The notes beneath the pieces were generated by a model, which did not search any database, was not told where the DNA came from, and saw only the letters and a list, made by a program, of their open reading frames with translations. This document shows, in pieces, positions 13,421 to 26,974 of a DNA stretch of 64,000 bases. Every line of letters begins with the position of its first letter. The stretch's first letter is position 1. A program made the translations under genes and the position numbers. The stretch comes from Felis catus (Eukaryota), in the NCBI RefSeq assembly GCF_018350175.1, contig NC_058382.1, positions 59,584,001 through 59,648,000 on the forward strand. Reading direction: 5' to 3'.

Positions 13421-14756
13421 AATGACAGCTACAGCTCTCTGAAATTAAAACACTGCCTCCCAGCTGTCTGCCTGGAGTGGCAGAACCCTCATATAAGCTC
13501 TGCACGTGTGAGAAAAATCATTGTTCTCCTTGTGGCTTCTGCTGACACAACACTGGCTCACAGGCCTGGGATGGCCCCCAAGATGGTCCAAGAGAGAGAC
13601 GAGACCAACACCCTCAGCCCAACTGCGAGCACGCTAACTTCTAAGCAGGCAAGCCATTTCACAACGTAAAGGTAAAGTCTGTGTTTTATGTTATGCGCTT
13701 AAAAAAGTGGAGCCACCAGAACGGAGTCTAGCAGAGGTGACCTGAAAGCCTCAATGAGCCCAGGGTGCCCCCAGGAGGGGAGCCATGTTCGGAGTTAGCC
13801 TCTAACTAACGCCCAGGGCCGCCATACAAGGAGCGGGCACTGGCTCGCCCACTTCCCCGCACGTTCCCACGCGGCCCTCACCCTGACCCTGTGTGGGCAG
13901 AAGGAGGGTCTGGGCCGAGACGTCCTGCCCCAGGGCACTGAGCAGACCTCGGGGCTTCTCACCCGGAAGACCCCCAGCTCACAGAGCCCTCCCCAGGGTT
14001 TCCAAACAGCCGGTGGCCACTGGTCAGGAGAGGTGGGCGGGATCAGGTTACAGAGACTGGCGTGGCCCCAGCAGCGGGCGTGAGACCCGAGAGTCCAGCG
14101 GACTGTTCTAGACGCTTCGGGTGCTTTACTGTCACGAGCACCAGGCCACGGCCTCAGTTCGTGGGTAGAGAGCCTCGACACGAGAGAACTACACTATTCG
14201 GGATGACGGAGGAAACGCCGCTGCTCCAGCCCCACGAGGCAGGACTCAGGCCTGTCAGAACACTGGTATTCAGCCAAATGAGGCAGCTCAGAGGCTGTTC
14301 CAACCGCTGGTCCCCGAGGTCAGTGAGGCTGTGTTCAGAAAACATTCCCGGCTCTGAGACACCCCACCCCCCGAAATGGAAATGAGCGAGCTAATCTGAG
14401 GTGAAGGGACCTCTCGGCTAAGCACTAACGGGAAAATGCCCCGTGCTAGTCCGTGCCCGCTAACTCTCATCCGCCAACAGAAAGGCCACTTAACAGGCCC
14501 AGCGGGAAACTCTTGGCACACGAGGCCCAAAAGATCCGGCTCTCCTCGGCACAGCGTGAGCTGGGAGCTGGCTGTCCCGGGTGCAGCCGCGATGGCCCTC
14601 CACCAGCCAGGCCATAAAGCTGCTCTGGAACCATCACGTCTGCTGCTGCAGAACAGGGGTTTCAGGCAGTGGGTGGTCCTCAGACTCAGACTTGTGAAAA
14701 GATTAGCATAAACGCAACTGATGTAACCACTGCCACTTGCTGGTAGCTTCTGGTTA

Positions 14757-15465
14757 TTAAAACAAAATCAGAGGAGGGGACACGTCCAAACTCATTCCCC
14801 CCTCCAAGGCCAGCATGACCCTGATACCAAATCTAGAGGAGGAGGCCACGAGAAAACCACAGGCCAACATCCGTGATGAACCAAGATGCAAAAACCCTCA
14901 ACAAAATACTAGCAAATCACATTCAACAACACATTAAAAGGACCATTAACCACAATCAAGTGGGATTTATTTCAGGGAGGCAGAGATGGTTCAACATCCA
15001 CAAATCAATGTGGTAACGATCACATTAACTAAATGAAATCATGTGTCATCTCAATAAATGCAGAAAGAGCATCTGTTAAAATTCAACATGTACCGGTGAT
15101 TAAAAAAAAACAAAAACCTCTCAACGAGATGGGTATAAAGTGAACACAGCTCGACATGATAAAGGCCACATACAAGAACCCCCCAGCTAGCATCATCCTC
15201 AGTGGGGAAAAGCCGGGAGCTTTTCCTGAGATCAGCAACAAGGCAGGGACGCTCACTCTCGCCGCCCGTATTCGACACAGTCCTGGAAGTCCCGGCTGCA
15301 GCAGTCGGGCAAGAAAAAGAAAGAGCAGGCGTCCAAATTGAAAAAGAAGAAGAAATGTCACTGTCTGCAGATGACACGGCAGAGCATATAGAAATCCCCA
15401 AAGGCTGCGTCAAAAACGCGTCAGAATAAAGGAACCGAGCGAAGCTGCAGGATACGCACTCAGCA
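14757..15465 (+). mobile_element. LINE-1 ORF2 (reverse transcriptase region) fragment, degenerate
   Basis: gatgcaaaaaccctcaacaaaatactagcaaa...atcaagtgggatttat...atctcaataaatgcagaaa...tgcagatgac (FADD-type region); contains stops and frameshifts. Confidence 0.88.
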
Positions 15466-17644
15466 TGCAGAATGAGACGAGGCTCTCAGAATCCGGCCGG
15501 GCGACGGGCAGGCTGCCTCCCTCCCTCAGACCCACTTCCCGCCGGGGCCTCCCTGCCCTTTCTAGGAGCGCCTTCCGTCTTTATACTGCCAGGGTCTCCC
15601 CCTCCTCGGGAACCCCACGTGTTCTTGGCTCCACCAGGCAGAGGGGACTCTGGAGGAACCTTCCCATCAGGTACACCTGTGCGGCCAAACACCGTGTCAT
15701 CTACGTCGAGGGTTAAAAGCGACTCGTGCACCTCGTCCCGGAGGAGTACGTGACACTCCGCCAGAGCCCCTGTACCTACCAGAGCCGTGGAGCATCGCTG
15801 GGACTCCAGACGGACGCCTCACAACCCTGAGTCCTCTGGTCACTGGTCACCATCAATTCACACATAGGGACATGCGTCAGCTACGTCGTTAACGATGCAT
15901 CCCCCACGATGCCGCCAACGCCTCACGGACACAGACCACCACCAAGAGTCTCAGGCGATGACAATAACATGCGGCCTGACAGACAAACAAGCACAACCGA
16001 CACGGCCCAAGCCGCTCGTGGGGGCCACAGAGGCCCTCGACGCCCAGCACCATGAGGTGGGCTGACGTGCGCCTCCCCAGGACAGCGTCTTACGCGGAGG
16101 CTGCTGACCGTTTCCGGCCCGGCAGAACCTGGCCCAGAGGACTTCAAGAGAGCAGGGAACACCGGGTGCCAAGAGCTCCAGGAACAGGGCAAACTGGTGA
16201 GAGAGAAAGAAACAGTGCCGGGTCCCAAGGTCCTCACAAGCCAGTCGTCACGCAGACATTTCCAGAGGATCTGGCCAACGTCAAAAATGTTGCATCCTGA
16301 GCTGCCCTCTACAAGAACGCACCAGGAGCCCTGGAATACCGACGGCCTGGGCATACAGGCCTCAAATTCGGGTCGAAACTGGTTTCCTTTCTTCACGCAC
16401 GTGAACTTCTTTCCTGATGTTCTAACAGACCGTGGAGACAAGAGTGCTCGCAGTGTGAGTATGTCCCCAGAAAAATGCAACCAATACTCACAAGTGGTTG
16501 TTGTCATTGTATTTTCTGGGTCGTCCAAGGTTTCTATAATGCCCACTGTATTTTTAAACAATACCCAAACCTTAGAGAGGACAGCAGTGGGTGGTGTCTG
16601 ATTAGAACAGGCCTGTTACAAAGCTGTCAGCTACGAGCTTGGGGCGGGGGGGGGAGTGAGGGGAGAGCACAGCTTGTGGGTGAAAAGCCTAGATGGACTG
16701 TGACACATCCCAACAGTCACAGAACACTCCTGCCCACCACGGGGACAAAAGGACACACTCTAGGTACTGCCCACAGTGGGTCAGAATTCCATCCTAGCCC
16801 TACGGTATAAGCCCCAGATGGACTGTGATTCCGGAAGGATCCGTGACAGACATATGACATGATGAAGCTCTATGGTCCTGTGCACAGGCGGTTTGGGTCA
16901 GCACAGCTCAACGTTCTACCTTTGCTCACTGACCACTAAGCGGGAGGGTGGGTCACTCCACAGCACACTGTTCTAGAGGAACCTTCCAAGAGGGCAAGAG
17001 GGTTCAGAGAACACAACTCACACCTTTGGACTTCAGACTTGACCCACTGGACCCCCCAGGTGGCCCACCCGGCTCCTCGTGCCTGCTCACACGTACTCCT
17101 GACAAGCCCCCTTGTCACAGGAGCTGAGCACGAGCTCACACGTACCCTGAGGCACATTAACTAGACCCAGGATGGTCCCTAAGCGCCACAGGACCAGCGG
17201 GCACGTGTCAGCTGCACGTCCAGTCTGACGGGATGAGGAGCAGTCCCAGAAGCAACACTTCTCCCTCTGCTCCCATAGGGTCTGTTAGACACGAGACTCC
17301 AGAGGGGGCCTGATCCAGGCACGAGACACAGACACGCGGAGGCTCAGAAGGGTGGGCGTAACAGGACAGAGCGGTGCCCTGTGCTTCTAGGAACGTGAAG
17401 ACACCTTTTAGCGCAAGCAGGTACGTTTAATGTCTTCTCGACAACAGACACTCACCCTGCATCTCAGCTCAACCTTACGAAGAGCTGAGGTGGCATTAAT
17501 CACCTGGAACAGGGCTTATGGAAATTTCCAGACTCAAGTGATGCCAATCAAGAGAGGAATCAGATTCTAATTAACCAACTGTTTCTACACACTTCTGTCC
17601 AGCATGGGTACATCGTAGGATTTCTTTTTAATTCACACAAGCTA

Positions 17645-17870
17645 GGGGCGCCTGGGTGGCTCAGTCAGTTAAGCGTCTGACTTCAGCTCAGGTCATGATC
17701 TCGCGGTCCGTGAGTTTGAGCCCCACATCGGGCTCTATGCTGACCGCTCCGAGCCTGGAGCCTGTTTCAGATTCTGTGTCTCCCTCTCTCTCTGCCCCTC
17801 CCCTGTTCATGCTCTGTCTCTCTCTGTCTCAAAAATGAATAAACGTTAAAAAAAAAATTAAAAAAAAAAA
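17645..17870 (+). mobile_element. Can-SINE (SINEC_Fc-type) with 15-bp target-site duplication
   Basis: Full-length; TSD aattcacacaagcta at 17630-17644 and 17869-17883. Confidence 0.95.
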
Positions 17871-20800
17871 TTCACACAAGCTATTACAACGTGACTAATG
17901 AAGTCTCGGAGCAAACCATTTACGTTTAATTTTGGAACAGAAGTGTTTCAAGGCTTCTACCCTGTCCTCTCTCTTCAGCCTCAATAAACAACAAATATGA
18001 AAACGTGCATCAACAGAGTGGTCTTGCTGCTACAACCCAAAAACCCCAAAGCTGCTGCAGAATCCCAGCCCGTGTGTGCAGCTGACACGGGCCACGGCTC
18101 AGGTGTGGCCTCGGCTGTGGTCAAGCCACGGAGAACAGCAAGAAAACAGCAAAAGCCAAGGAGGGCAGCTCGCTCTTAAGACCCAAGCAGTCCTCGTGCC
18201 CAGAGTTAGAGGTCCCTCTCCATGCAGCTTTTCGGCCGTGCTTGCCCGCAAAAGCCAGAGGCAGCAGGAGGTACGTACGGCAGGTGTAAACATCTCTGTA
18301 CTCCATGTGCTCGTAATCGGGAAGAATTTTCATGAAACGTCCCGACTTGACGCGAGGGTTTATACCTGAACAGACACAGCAGGGAAAGGGTAAAGATGGT
18401 TCTGCTCCCACGAGGGTATGAACACTTTTCATGACAACACCCTCTCCCGCACTGGCCACGGACATTTCCTGTTACACACTCGGCCCCCAGAACCTCAGGA
18501 GGCCACAGCATCTGCCAGGGGTGACCTATCTTCCTTCAACCAAAGGAGTCACACCAGAAACTCCTGATGGTGGGCAAGCTCGGGACCCTCCTCTCTCGAC
18601 CACCACAGATCAAGGGAGCACGGAGGTGGGAGAGCCAGGGCCGGGGCTGGAGGGCCTTGGGGAGACCGTTTAGGGAACCCCTGTGCTCAAGTCAGATCTC
18701 TCCCTTGCCTGGTGCACACCTGGTGTTTCCTTGACCTTTGCCGCGTCTGTTTTGTTTCTGACTAAGGGCAATGTCTGCCAGCCTCCTAACTCAGACCTCC
18801 TCCCTTCTGAATCACGGCTGCAGACTCTACCATCGACACCAGGAACCAGCATCCATTTTCTTCCAGCACCCATTCCAGAAGCTAAGCGATTCCCTCCTGG
18901 GTAAGGCTCTCAGAGCAAGTTCACAAAGACAGTTCCCGCACCATGTATATGAAGACCGAAGCTGGCTTTGACAGGAGCAGATTCGACACTTCGGGACCCT
19001 GGATAAGGGACGATGAATCATTCCCCGGATTTTGCAACCATTTACGGGTCAAGACTCAGCAGTGAAAAGAAATCTCCAGATGTCCGCGTGTGCCTGTCCA
19101 CACCCCCAGCACTCCAGACGTGCACAGGAGCATGTTCACCTTACCCTGTCCCCTCTCAGTCGCCCACCCCTGGCTTACCCCAGCCGTACCACCCACTGCT
19201 CAGTCACTGCCCCCCTGTGCTCCACAGGACAGCAGGGCCGAGTCGAGCTCTAAGGAGGCCTTAATTCCCACATCTGCAGCCACCCCCGGTGGGCAGAGGA
19301 ACCTGCCTTCCTCCAGATGCTATTTTGAATGCCTACACTCCCGAGGACAAGTTTGAGTGCTTACTTGAAGGCAAACTTCTCCCTTCAAGCTGCTTTCAGA
19401 GGACACTGTCAAACGACCTAACAAACTCAAGCAGTCAGATGATAAAAACTTGACGTAGTGGATACTCCTAGAAACCAGCTGATGGTCCAGAAAAGCCAGG
19501 ACATCTCTGTCCTCTGTGCACGCACATGGAGACCATTGTGGGGCATGTGCCTCTGCTTCAACGACAATCTGACATCCACGCTCTGGCTAGATTTAAGACA
19601 CGAGCTCTGGGAAACCACGGAGGAACCAGAGTGAAGCCAGGGCCATGTGCACACCCACAGAATGGAGCGGGGGCAGGGAGGGGGGCAGAACTGGCTTTCT
19701 GCCTCTGGAGTCTGGGCTTTGCAGGATGCAAAGCAGCACTGTTCTGGCTGCTGAGAGGAGAGGACAGGAAGGAATCCAGCATTCAGGACACTTGACCACT
19801 TGGGTCCCCCAGACCCACGTCCCCTGGAGAGATGGCAGAACGTGGAGCAGAGGCATGAGCAGAAAGCAGAGTCTGAGCACACAAGGAGAAGCCCGGGGAA
19901 GGGGGAGCTGGCGGGTCCCAAGCAGCCGGCCTTGCATGGGGTCTAGGGGCAAAGACGGGGAGCAGGGGCAGCTGCCGACCTGGGTGCAGCAGCAGAGGGC
20001 GAAGGGGAAGCCCAAGGCCCTGAGGAAGGCGGGGGGGGGGGGGGGGGGGGAAGCGGGGTGCTGGGCGCGGCAGGGCAGAGGCCCCCAGAGGTGCGCGGCA
20101 GGTGGGAGGGCACCGCTGAGCCCCCACAAGCTGCGTGTGTCGTGAGCACGCTGGCTCCTCAGAGGAAGGTCCGTGAAGAACCCCAGCCTCCGACAGGAGG
20201 GCTCCCCGGTGTGAGCAAGCCCGCATCAGCACACGCGCCACGTGTGGGGATAGAGCCTCTGATGGGCGAGGCACCCGCCGGACGACGAAATCAGCCTGCA
20301 GGGACAGAGCCCCACCACGGTCTCCCTCAGAGCCCGTCCTACGTGGCGACCCCACACTCCCCGTGAGGAGGGGCATCCCAGAGAGAGACCCCGAGTGACA
20401 GACCTGCTAACAGGAAGGACAGGGAAAGAGGCAGGAGCCTGCGCAGCCCAGAGCCTGGAGGGGCTGCCAGGGCTTCGGCCGGCTCTCCGCGACCGGCCTC
20501 CTTCTCTGACCAGAGTCGAAGGTGTCCCCGCACAGAGTGCGGCCCCAGCTGGCAGGCAAGGCATTTAGGGAGGAGACCACCTGCCGTGCTTTCAATGGAG
20601 AACATTTCAAAAGAAGGAAAATCCAAATCTACCAAGATGGTTAGAGATGAAAACTTAAGGTCCTTTTCAGAGCAGTGAACAAGTCAACTTCAGGCCAAAG
20701 AGAACTGGGTCACCATCGTCCCTGCGCTCTCCAATCCCCAGCTCCAGGTGGCGGCCGGGCAGTGGACCTGCGGGCTGCCCTCTGCGGGTCGGCGCTGATC

Positions 20801-21424
20801 CGCGGCTCCCGGGCCGTGACGGTGTGAACACAGGCCTTCGCACACCAAGAGGCCCGAGGAAAGGTATTGGGGCTGGGGGGACTGTGAACACACAGATGGG
20901 GAGTGTCACTGATGACTCTGGAAAGCAAGGGAGCAGAGAACAAGAAATGGGGGGGCCCGGGGGGTTCATCATGGCGACAGGAGACTGCAAGGCAGAAGGA
21001 GCCCGAGAAGGGGGAGCCTGGGTGGGCTGGAGGACGGTGCGCTCCAAGGCAGCCCAGCCCCACCGGCTGAGGGAGCCTGCGGGAGCGGCCACACCTCACC
21101 ATGGAGCTGCTGTCCACCTGTCCCCTCAGGCTGCGGGCCCAGGATCCAGAGGAAGGGACACTTCTGGAAACACCCAGAGTTTCCAGGGCAGCCACGTTTC
21201 TCAGAGCTAACGGCCCTTGACACCTAATAAAAGACACCATTCTCCTTGACGGGCTGAAAAGTAAGGGTGAGACACCCAGAAACAGAGAAAAGAGCCCCTT
21301 GGTTTTAGCGCTACCATGCCAGCTACAACCCTGAGGAGGTGTCTGAGAAGGGCCCCGTGGGCTGTGGGTCAAATTCTTCGTGTTCCTATCATGGGTGCTC
21401 ACTCTGCGTCTGGCTCTGGAACTA

Positions 21425-21541
<117 letters not shown>

Positions 21542-24114
21542 TTATTTGTGGAGATCATGGTCAGGAAATCACGAAACGACAGAAACAGATTGATGGAGGG
21601 CGGGGGACGGAGTGTGGGGAGGTGCGCGGAAACCTTGGCCCCGTCTTCCAAGCGTGTGTCTGTCCCCTGCTGGGGAGGTTGTGTGGGACTTCTGCACACA
21701 GCGCCCGCACTCACCAGTGAAGCCTTTATCCTGGGTTCAGACCACACCTGACGAAAGGACAACCCGCACTGTCCACTCCGATGAGCTCCAGAAGCCTCAC
21801 GGCACAAACCCAGAATCGGACGACGCCCAGCCCGTGACGGGGTGCGGCACAAGCTCGGTGGTCAGGAAACAACACGTTCCCAGGAAATGAGATGGTCCTT
21901 GGCGTCAGGGTTCCACCAAGGCCCCCTGAACCCCTGCTGTGGCTCGCCACGCTGCTGGTTCTATTAAAGCCACAGGCCTGTGATCAGAGTCCCGGGCGAG
22001 ATCCCGGAAGGAAGAGCTGCACACGCATGTCCCTTTGGCACCAGGCCACCTAGACCCCAGCCAGCGACAGGGATCCTTGGAACCCTCCTGCTTCCTTCTC
22101 CCTTTCCCTGCCCCGCCCCAGCACTTCCCAGCTGAAACCTCAGGTGACCGGGTCCCAGCAGGGCTTTGAAAGGAAAGCACGGTCCTGAGCCAATCACCAC
22201 GGATCCAGACCTGCCCACTGGCCGAGCTAACAATAACCACACCTGCCCGGTACCAACCGTTGCTCGGGCCAGGCGTCAGTGTGGCCGACCCTGCCGGCAG
22301 GCCCGAGACTGCTGCTGCTACTACCCCGTCCACATCAGTGCGGAGGAAACACGCGCAGAGAGGCCTGAGGCTGGCACAGCGGAGCAGAGCTCGCGCTGCG
22401 GGACCTGGAACTGCAGCCCGGACGGGGCGCCTCAGGGTGGCAAGCACGGCCCCCCCCCCCGGGCCCTCACGCATCACTATAGGACTCTCCCCGTGCTCAC
22501 ACTCGGTGCAAGCGTCCAGCTGGGGCTTCACGACACGGCCGCCTCTGGGACTGTGTCCCCGGCACAGGAAGGCGCGTCAAGGCTGGGCAAGGCTGGCGTC
22601 TCAGCAGGCCATCTGGGACGTGGATCGACACAGTGGGCCCGGCAGTGGCAACGTGCTGCCCCCCACCCCCGGCCCCGTTCCTCCAGAGGTCCGGTCTGGT
22701 CTTTTCAACAGAATGGATGATACTGGCCCAGATGCCTCTATGAGCTGGTAGCGCTTCAACGGTACCCAAAGTAAAGCTCGAGATGCACGCAGCACGGAGA
22801 AGCTACCTGGGGGCTGGCGGCTCAGGCCTGCCCGGGACCCTGCTTCTCCCTACCTCCTCTGCTGACGAACAGACGCGACGTTGAAGACTAAGACAAAAAT
22901 CACAGCCTTGCTCGTTATCAAGCAAAAAAGGCACAAAGCACGCAGGGTATCCTGCTGGCTGGAGAGCGAGGACTGGAGGCCTGCCTCTGGAGGCTGACGC
23001 AGGCTGAGGGCCTGGGAGCCCTCCGTGAGCCTGGGGCAGGGACTCAGCCACACCTGCATGGAACCTGGGACAGCACGGCTTGTCCACACCCGCACAGGCC
23101 ACCCGGGCGGCAGAACAAACTGAAGCAACCAGTCTACCCCACAGTCACTGAGAAGGGCTCTGCTCCACGTACGCGGCCTTCGTCACTTCCTGTCCGCTCT
23201 GTGATGCCCATCGCAGCCAGGCGGCTCCTCCCGAGAGCCACCGGTCAGCGGTCACTACTGTGTCTGGCTCTCCAGACACACTGGCTTTCTCTTGTGCAAA
23301 CCATGCACTTCAAAGTTGCCACCGCACAAGATTGCTGCTTCAGTTTGTTTGCTGTGTGGTTTTGAAAGGACAGCTCCTTCCCGGCTTCAGCAGGCCACCA
23401 GTGCGTGCGGTGACGGACAATGAGGAGTCTCTTACCGCCTCCTTGGCCAAGTGGTGTGACTGCAGGGGGCGGGGGTGGCGGTGGTCCTCCGTGAACCGCA
23501 CGCTTCTATAATACGCGCACTGGCACCCTCGGTGCCAAGGGTCAGATACAGGGCACAGATGTGAGAGCGGGAAGTCAACGGCCAGGCCTCCGTGAGGCAG
23601 TGATGCTGCTCCCTGGACCCAAGTCGCCGAAGGCTAGTGACTTGACATGGCTTTTGCGTCAGAGTCCAACCCACACTCCGTCGCGACAGGAACCAACCTC
23701 CCGAATGGCTCCAAGGACTGCAGCCACAACGGCCACATCACCAGCTTTCTGTGCGCTGCGTGAGGGCACAGCACTGCTGGCTGGCATCGCACGGGCTATG
23801 AAGCTGCACAAGCAGTAAGTGTCCACAAAAACCCCACCAGCAATCAGAAGAAAAGCAAAATTAGGGTGCAGTGCTAATAAATACAGCAATCCTTAGCGGG
23901 GTTTTCTTAATGTTCCCTGAAGGCCCTAACAAATCCACCAAGGCAGAATAATGCCATTCTGACCTAACCGTGCCTCGGAGAAATGTTTGATTACTTTCCA
24001 CCTGATGGAAAATCTTTCTCTTGAACAGGGAATAAGAACAACGCCACATCCTCTGATTGTTCCAGAAACCTTCCAAAAGTCATGAGGGGAAACTGCCCTT
24101 AAAATAGCTTTAGG

Positions 24115-24467
24115 GGGGCGCCTGGGTGGCTCAGTCGGTTGGGCATCTGACTTTGGCTCAGGTCGTGATCTCACGGTTCGAGTGGGTTCGAGCCCCGCGT
24201 CGGGCTCTGTGCTGACAGCTCAGAGCCTGGAGTCTGCGGCTGATTCTGTGCCTCTTTCTGTCTCTGCCCCTCCCCCACTTGTGCTCTGTCTCTCAAAAAT
24301 AAATTAAAATAAAATAAAATAAAATAAAATAAAATAAAATAAAATAAATAAAATAATAAAATAAAATAAAATAAAATAAAATAAAATAAAATAAAATAAA
24401 ATAAAATAAAATAAAATAAAATAAAATAAAATAAAATAAAATAAAATAAAATAAAATAAAATAAAAT
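24115..24467 (+). mobile_element. Can-SINE with expanded (TAAAA)n tail
   Basis: SINE body 24115-24295 followed by about 170 bp of pentamer repeat. Confidence 0.92.
24296..24467 (+). repeat. (TAAAA)n microsatellite
   Basis: Directly visible, about 34 units with a few interruptions. Confidence 0.97.
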
Positions 24468-24829
24468 ACCTTTCGGGCCTGCAGACTGGCCAGCACCATG
24501 TACCCTTGCTTCTAGAAAAACTACCAAGTGTGACCTCTATCCTTTGGCACAGACCCCGTCCCAGATGACTGAAAGCTAGCACACCAAACCAGGATGCCTC
24601 CGGCTGCTTTTCAAGTACTGGATTTGGGGTGGAAGGCTGGCGATTCAAGTCTCCTTGCTGGGGCATCCGGCTGGCTCAGTTGGTGAAGCATGCGACTCTT
24701 GATCTCGGGGTCGTGAGTTCAAGCCCCATGTTAGGTATAGAGATAACTTAAACAAAAAACTTTTTTACAAAAAAGGTTTCCTTGCTTATCTATTATATAA
24801 AATAGCTTAAGAGACTCTTTTTTTGAGAG

Positions 24830-25465
24830 TGTCTACTCCAATGATGGCCACAAAATAAAAAATAAAAATTAAATTAAAAAAAAAAGAGGTTGGGAGGGGG
24901 AGAAAAACGGGGGAGCTGGGCTTGAGGACATTTATAAAATGTGGAAAAGTACGGGCACACAGAATTACCATATGACCTGCTCTCATTCTCCATGTGGGAT
25001 ACATCCCCAAAAGAGCCGAAGGAGGGGCCCCTGCACCCACGCTCCCAGCAGCACTACTCACAATATCCAGAAGGCAGGTAAGTGGGCCATCCACACAACG
25101 GGATATTATTCAGCCTTAGAAAGGAAGTAAACTCTGTCACCTGCTGTAACATGGATAAACCTTGGGGACCTTATGCTCAGTGAAACAAGCTGGTCCCCAG
25201 AAAACAAATAGTGCAGGATTCCCTGGGGTATTTGATTCAGAGAGACAGACAGAAGAACGCTGGCTGCCGGGGCTGGGGGAGGAAATGGGGAGCTAGTGAT
25301 GGGGACAGAGGCACAGCTGAGCAAGAAGGGAAAGTCCTGGAGACGGGCAGGGGCGATGGCTGCACAACGATGTGAAAGTGCTCAGTGCCACAGACCTGTG
25401 CATTTACAAACAGCCCAAGTGGAAGTTTTTGTTGCATGTGTACGTTCACCACAGTAAAAAAAAGT
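24830..25465 (+). mobile_element. Old LINE-1 (L1M-type) 3' end
   Basis: agaattaccatatgacc...tattattcagccttagaaaggaa...acatggataaacctt...atgctcagtgaaacaagc...gatggctgcacaac. Confidence 0.75.
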
Positions 25466-25504
25466 AAACTGCCACTTCAAGTATTCCAACTGGAAAATTT
25501 CCAT

Positions 25505-25710
25505 AGCGCCTGGGGGGCTCCATCGGTTGAGCATCCGACTTCAGCTCAGGCCGTCATCTCACAGTTCGTGGGTTCGAGCCCCGCGTCAGACTCTGTGCTG
25601 ACAGCTCAGAGCCTGGAGCCTGCTTCGGATTCTGTGTCTCCCCCTCTCTGCCCCTCCCACGCACTCTCTCTCTCTCTCAAAAATAAAATAAACATAAAAA
25701 AATTTTTTTT
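25505..25710 (+). mobile_element. Can-SINE
   Basis: SINE body and tail. Confidence 0.88.
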
Positions 25711-26914
25711 ACCAAAAAGCTATTTGAAAAATGTTTTGCCCAAGAGAAAAAACAGCCCAGTGATTTGGCCCAAGTCAAGCCAACACAAGCGGCAGCCTCT
25801 TGTGACCTAACTGCCAGGGGCTGCCAAGTGCTCACCACGCATTCCCTCTCCAACGAGCTCCGGGCTGTATGATGGGGTTTCCCAAAAACTCCCCATCCAC
25901 ACGGCACTCTGGTCAGTCTCTATGGGTGGGAGAGAGTGGGCTAGAAGCGTTCTCCCTCTCCCTCACCCCTGCAGAAACCAGCAGACACACTTCTGCTTCT
26001 TGAGAGGCCCGTTCCCTGGAAGGGAAGGTGGAGATTAACAGACACAGTCCCTGTGCCAGCCATGACAGATAAGCACACACATCAGAGCAGAAGGGGACCA
26101 AGAACGGGAGCACCATTCTTCCGTGTGCCACATCAGTGCCAGAGGCGGCCACGGAGGGACCCAGCCTCCTCCTCCCCGTTCACACTGTGACAGCACCGCA
26201 CTCAGACGCTACCGCAGCGAGCCGATGCGCACACAACACAAATCTGGAAAGGGAAGTTGTCCCCCAGCCCTGGAGGGAGTTGGACGGCAGCAGGGATGGG
26301 AGGCCACAGGCAGCACCAAAAAAAAAAAAAAAAAAAAAGGTATGGAAGAGTCTAGGTAGAAAAGCAGCAAGGACAGAGCCTCCACAGAGGACCATTAACC
26401 CGTGGGGACGCCAGCAGAGATGTGCCTGGAAATGCAGGCGGGGCTCCAGGGAGGCCACTGCACCACCAGGTGAGGCAGAGGCAGGAGGAAAGGACCGTGT
26501 GACCAGACAGGTCACTGGACAAGCAGGGAGAAGGGCCGGAAGGTGGACCAGAGGCTGCTAATTTCCTTCCTACCTGCCGCACGCTGCGGGGTTCTCTAAA
26601 TAAAACTCTAAGATGGCTTGATTGGTAAGACTGATTTTTGTGTGCACTAAATTAGGAGCGAAACACCCTCCTTAATAAAGTATGGCTCCAAGTTTGACTT
26701 GAGGCTAAAAACAAAGTTGGGGGCTGGGGCTGGTGAGAGGGGGATCTCCCCCAGGCAGGACAGGGGAGTTGGGCACCCAGTCCCCGGGTTTCCCAACACC
26801 GCTGCTCTGTGCCAGTATCCAGGACCACCTCTCCAACGACAGACTACTGACCTGAAACCCATGTGTTCTCCAGTGCCCCGCTTCGCTTAGCTATTACTGT
26901 AACTGCATGAAATG

Positions 26915-26918
<4 letters not shown>

Positions 26919-26970
<52 letters not shown>
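26919..26970 (+). repeat. (TC)n microsatellite
   Basis: About 26 perfect units. Confidence 0.97.

Positions 26971-26974
<4 letters not shown>

Noticed and set aside
20031..20050. G20 homopolymer
   Set aside because: Simple homopolymer whose length is unreliable in assemblies; no other supporting signal.
24171..24666. ORFs with ILFYF repeats resembling membrane proteins
   Set aside because: Translation of the (TAAAA)n microsatellite.
24660..24760. tRNA-like sequence (similar at ~41480-41590)
   Set aside because: Short, older tRNA-derived Can-SINE with an A-rich tail; no intact cloverleaf.
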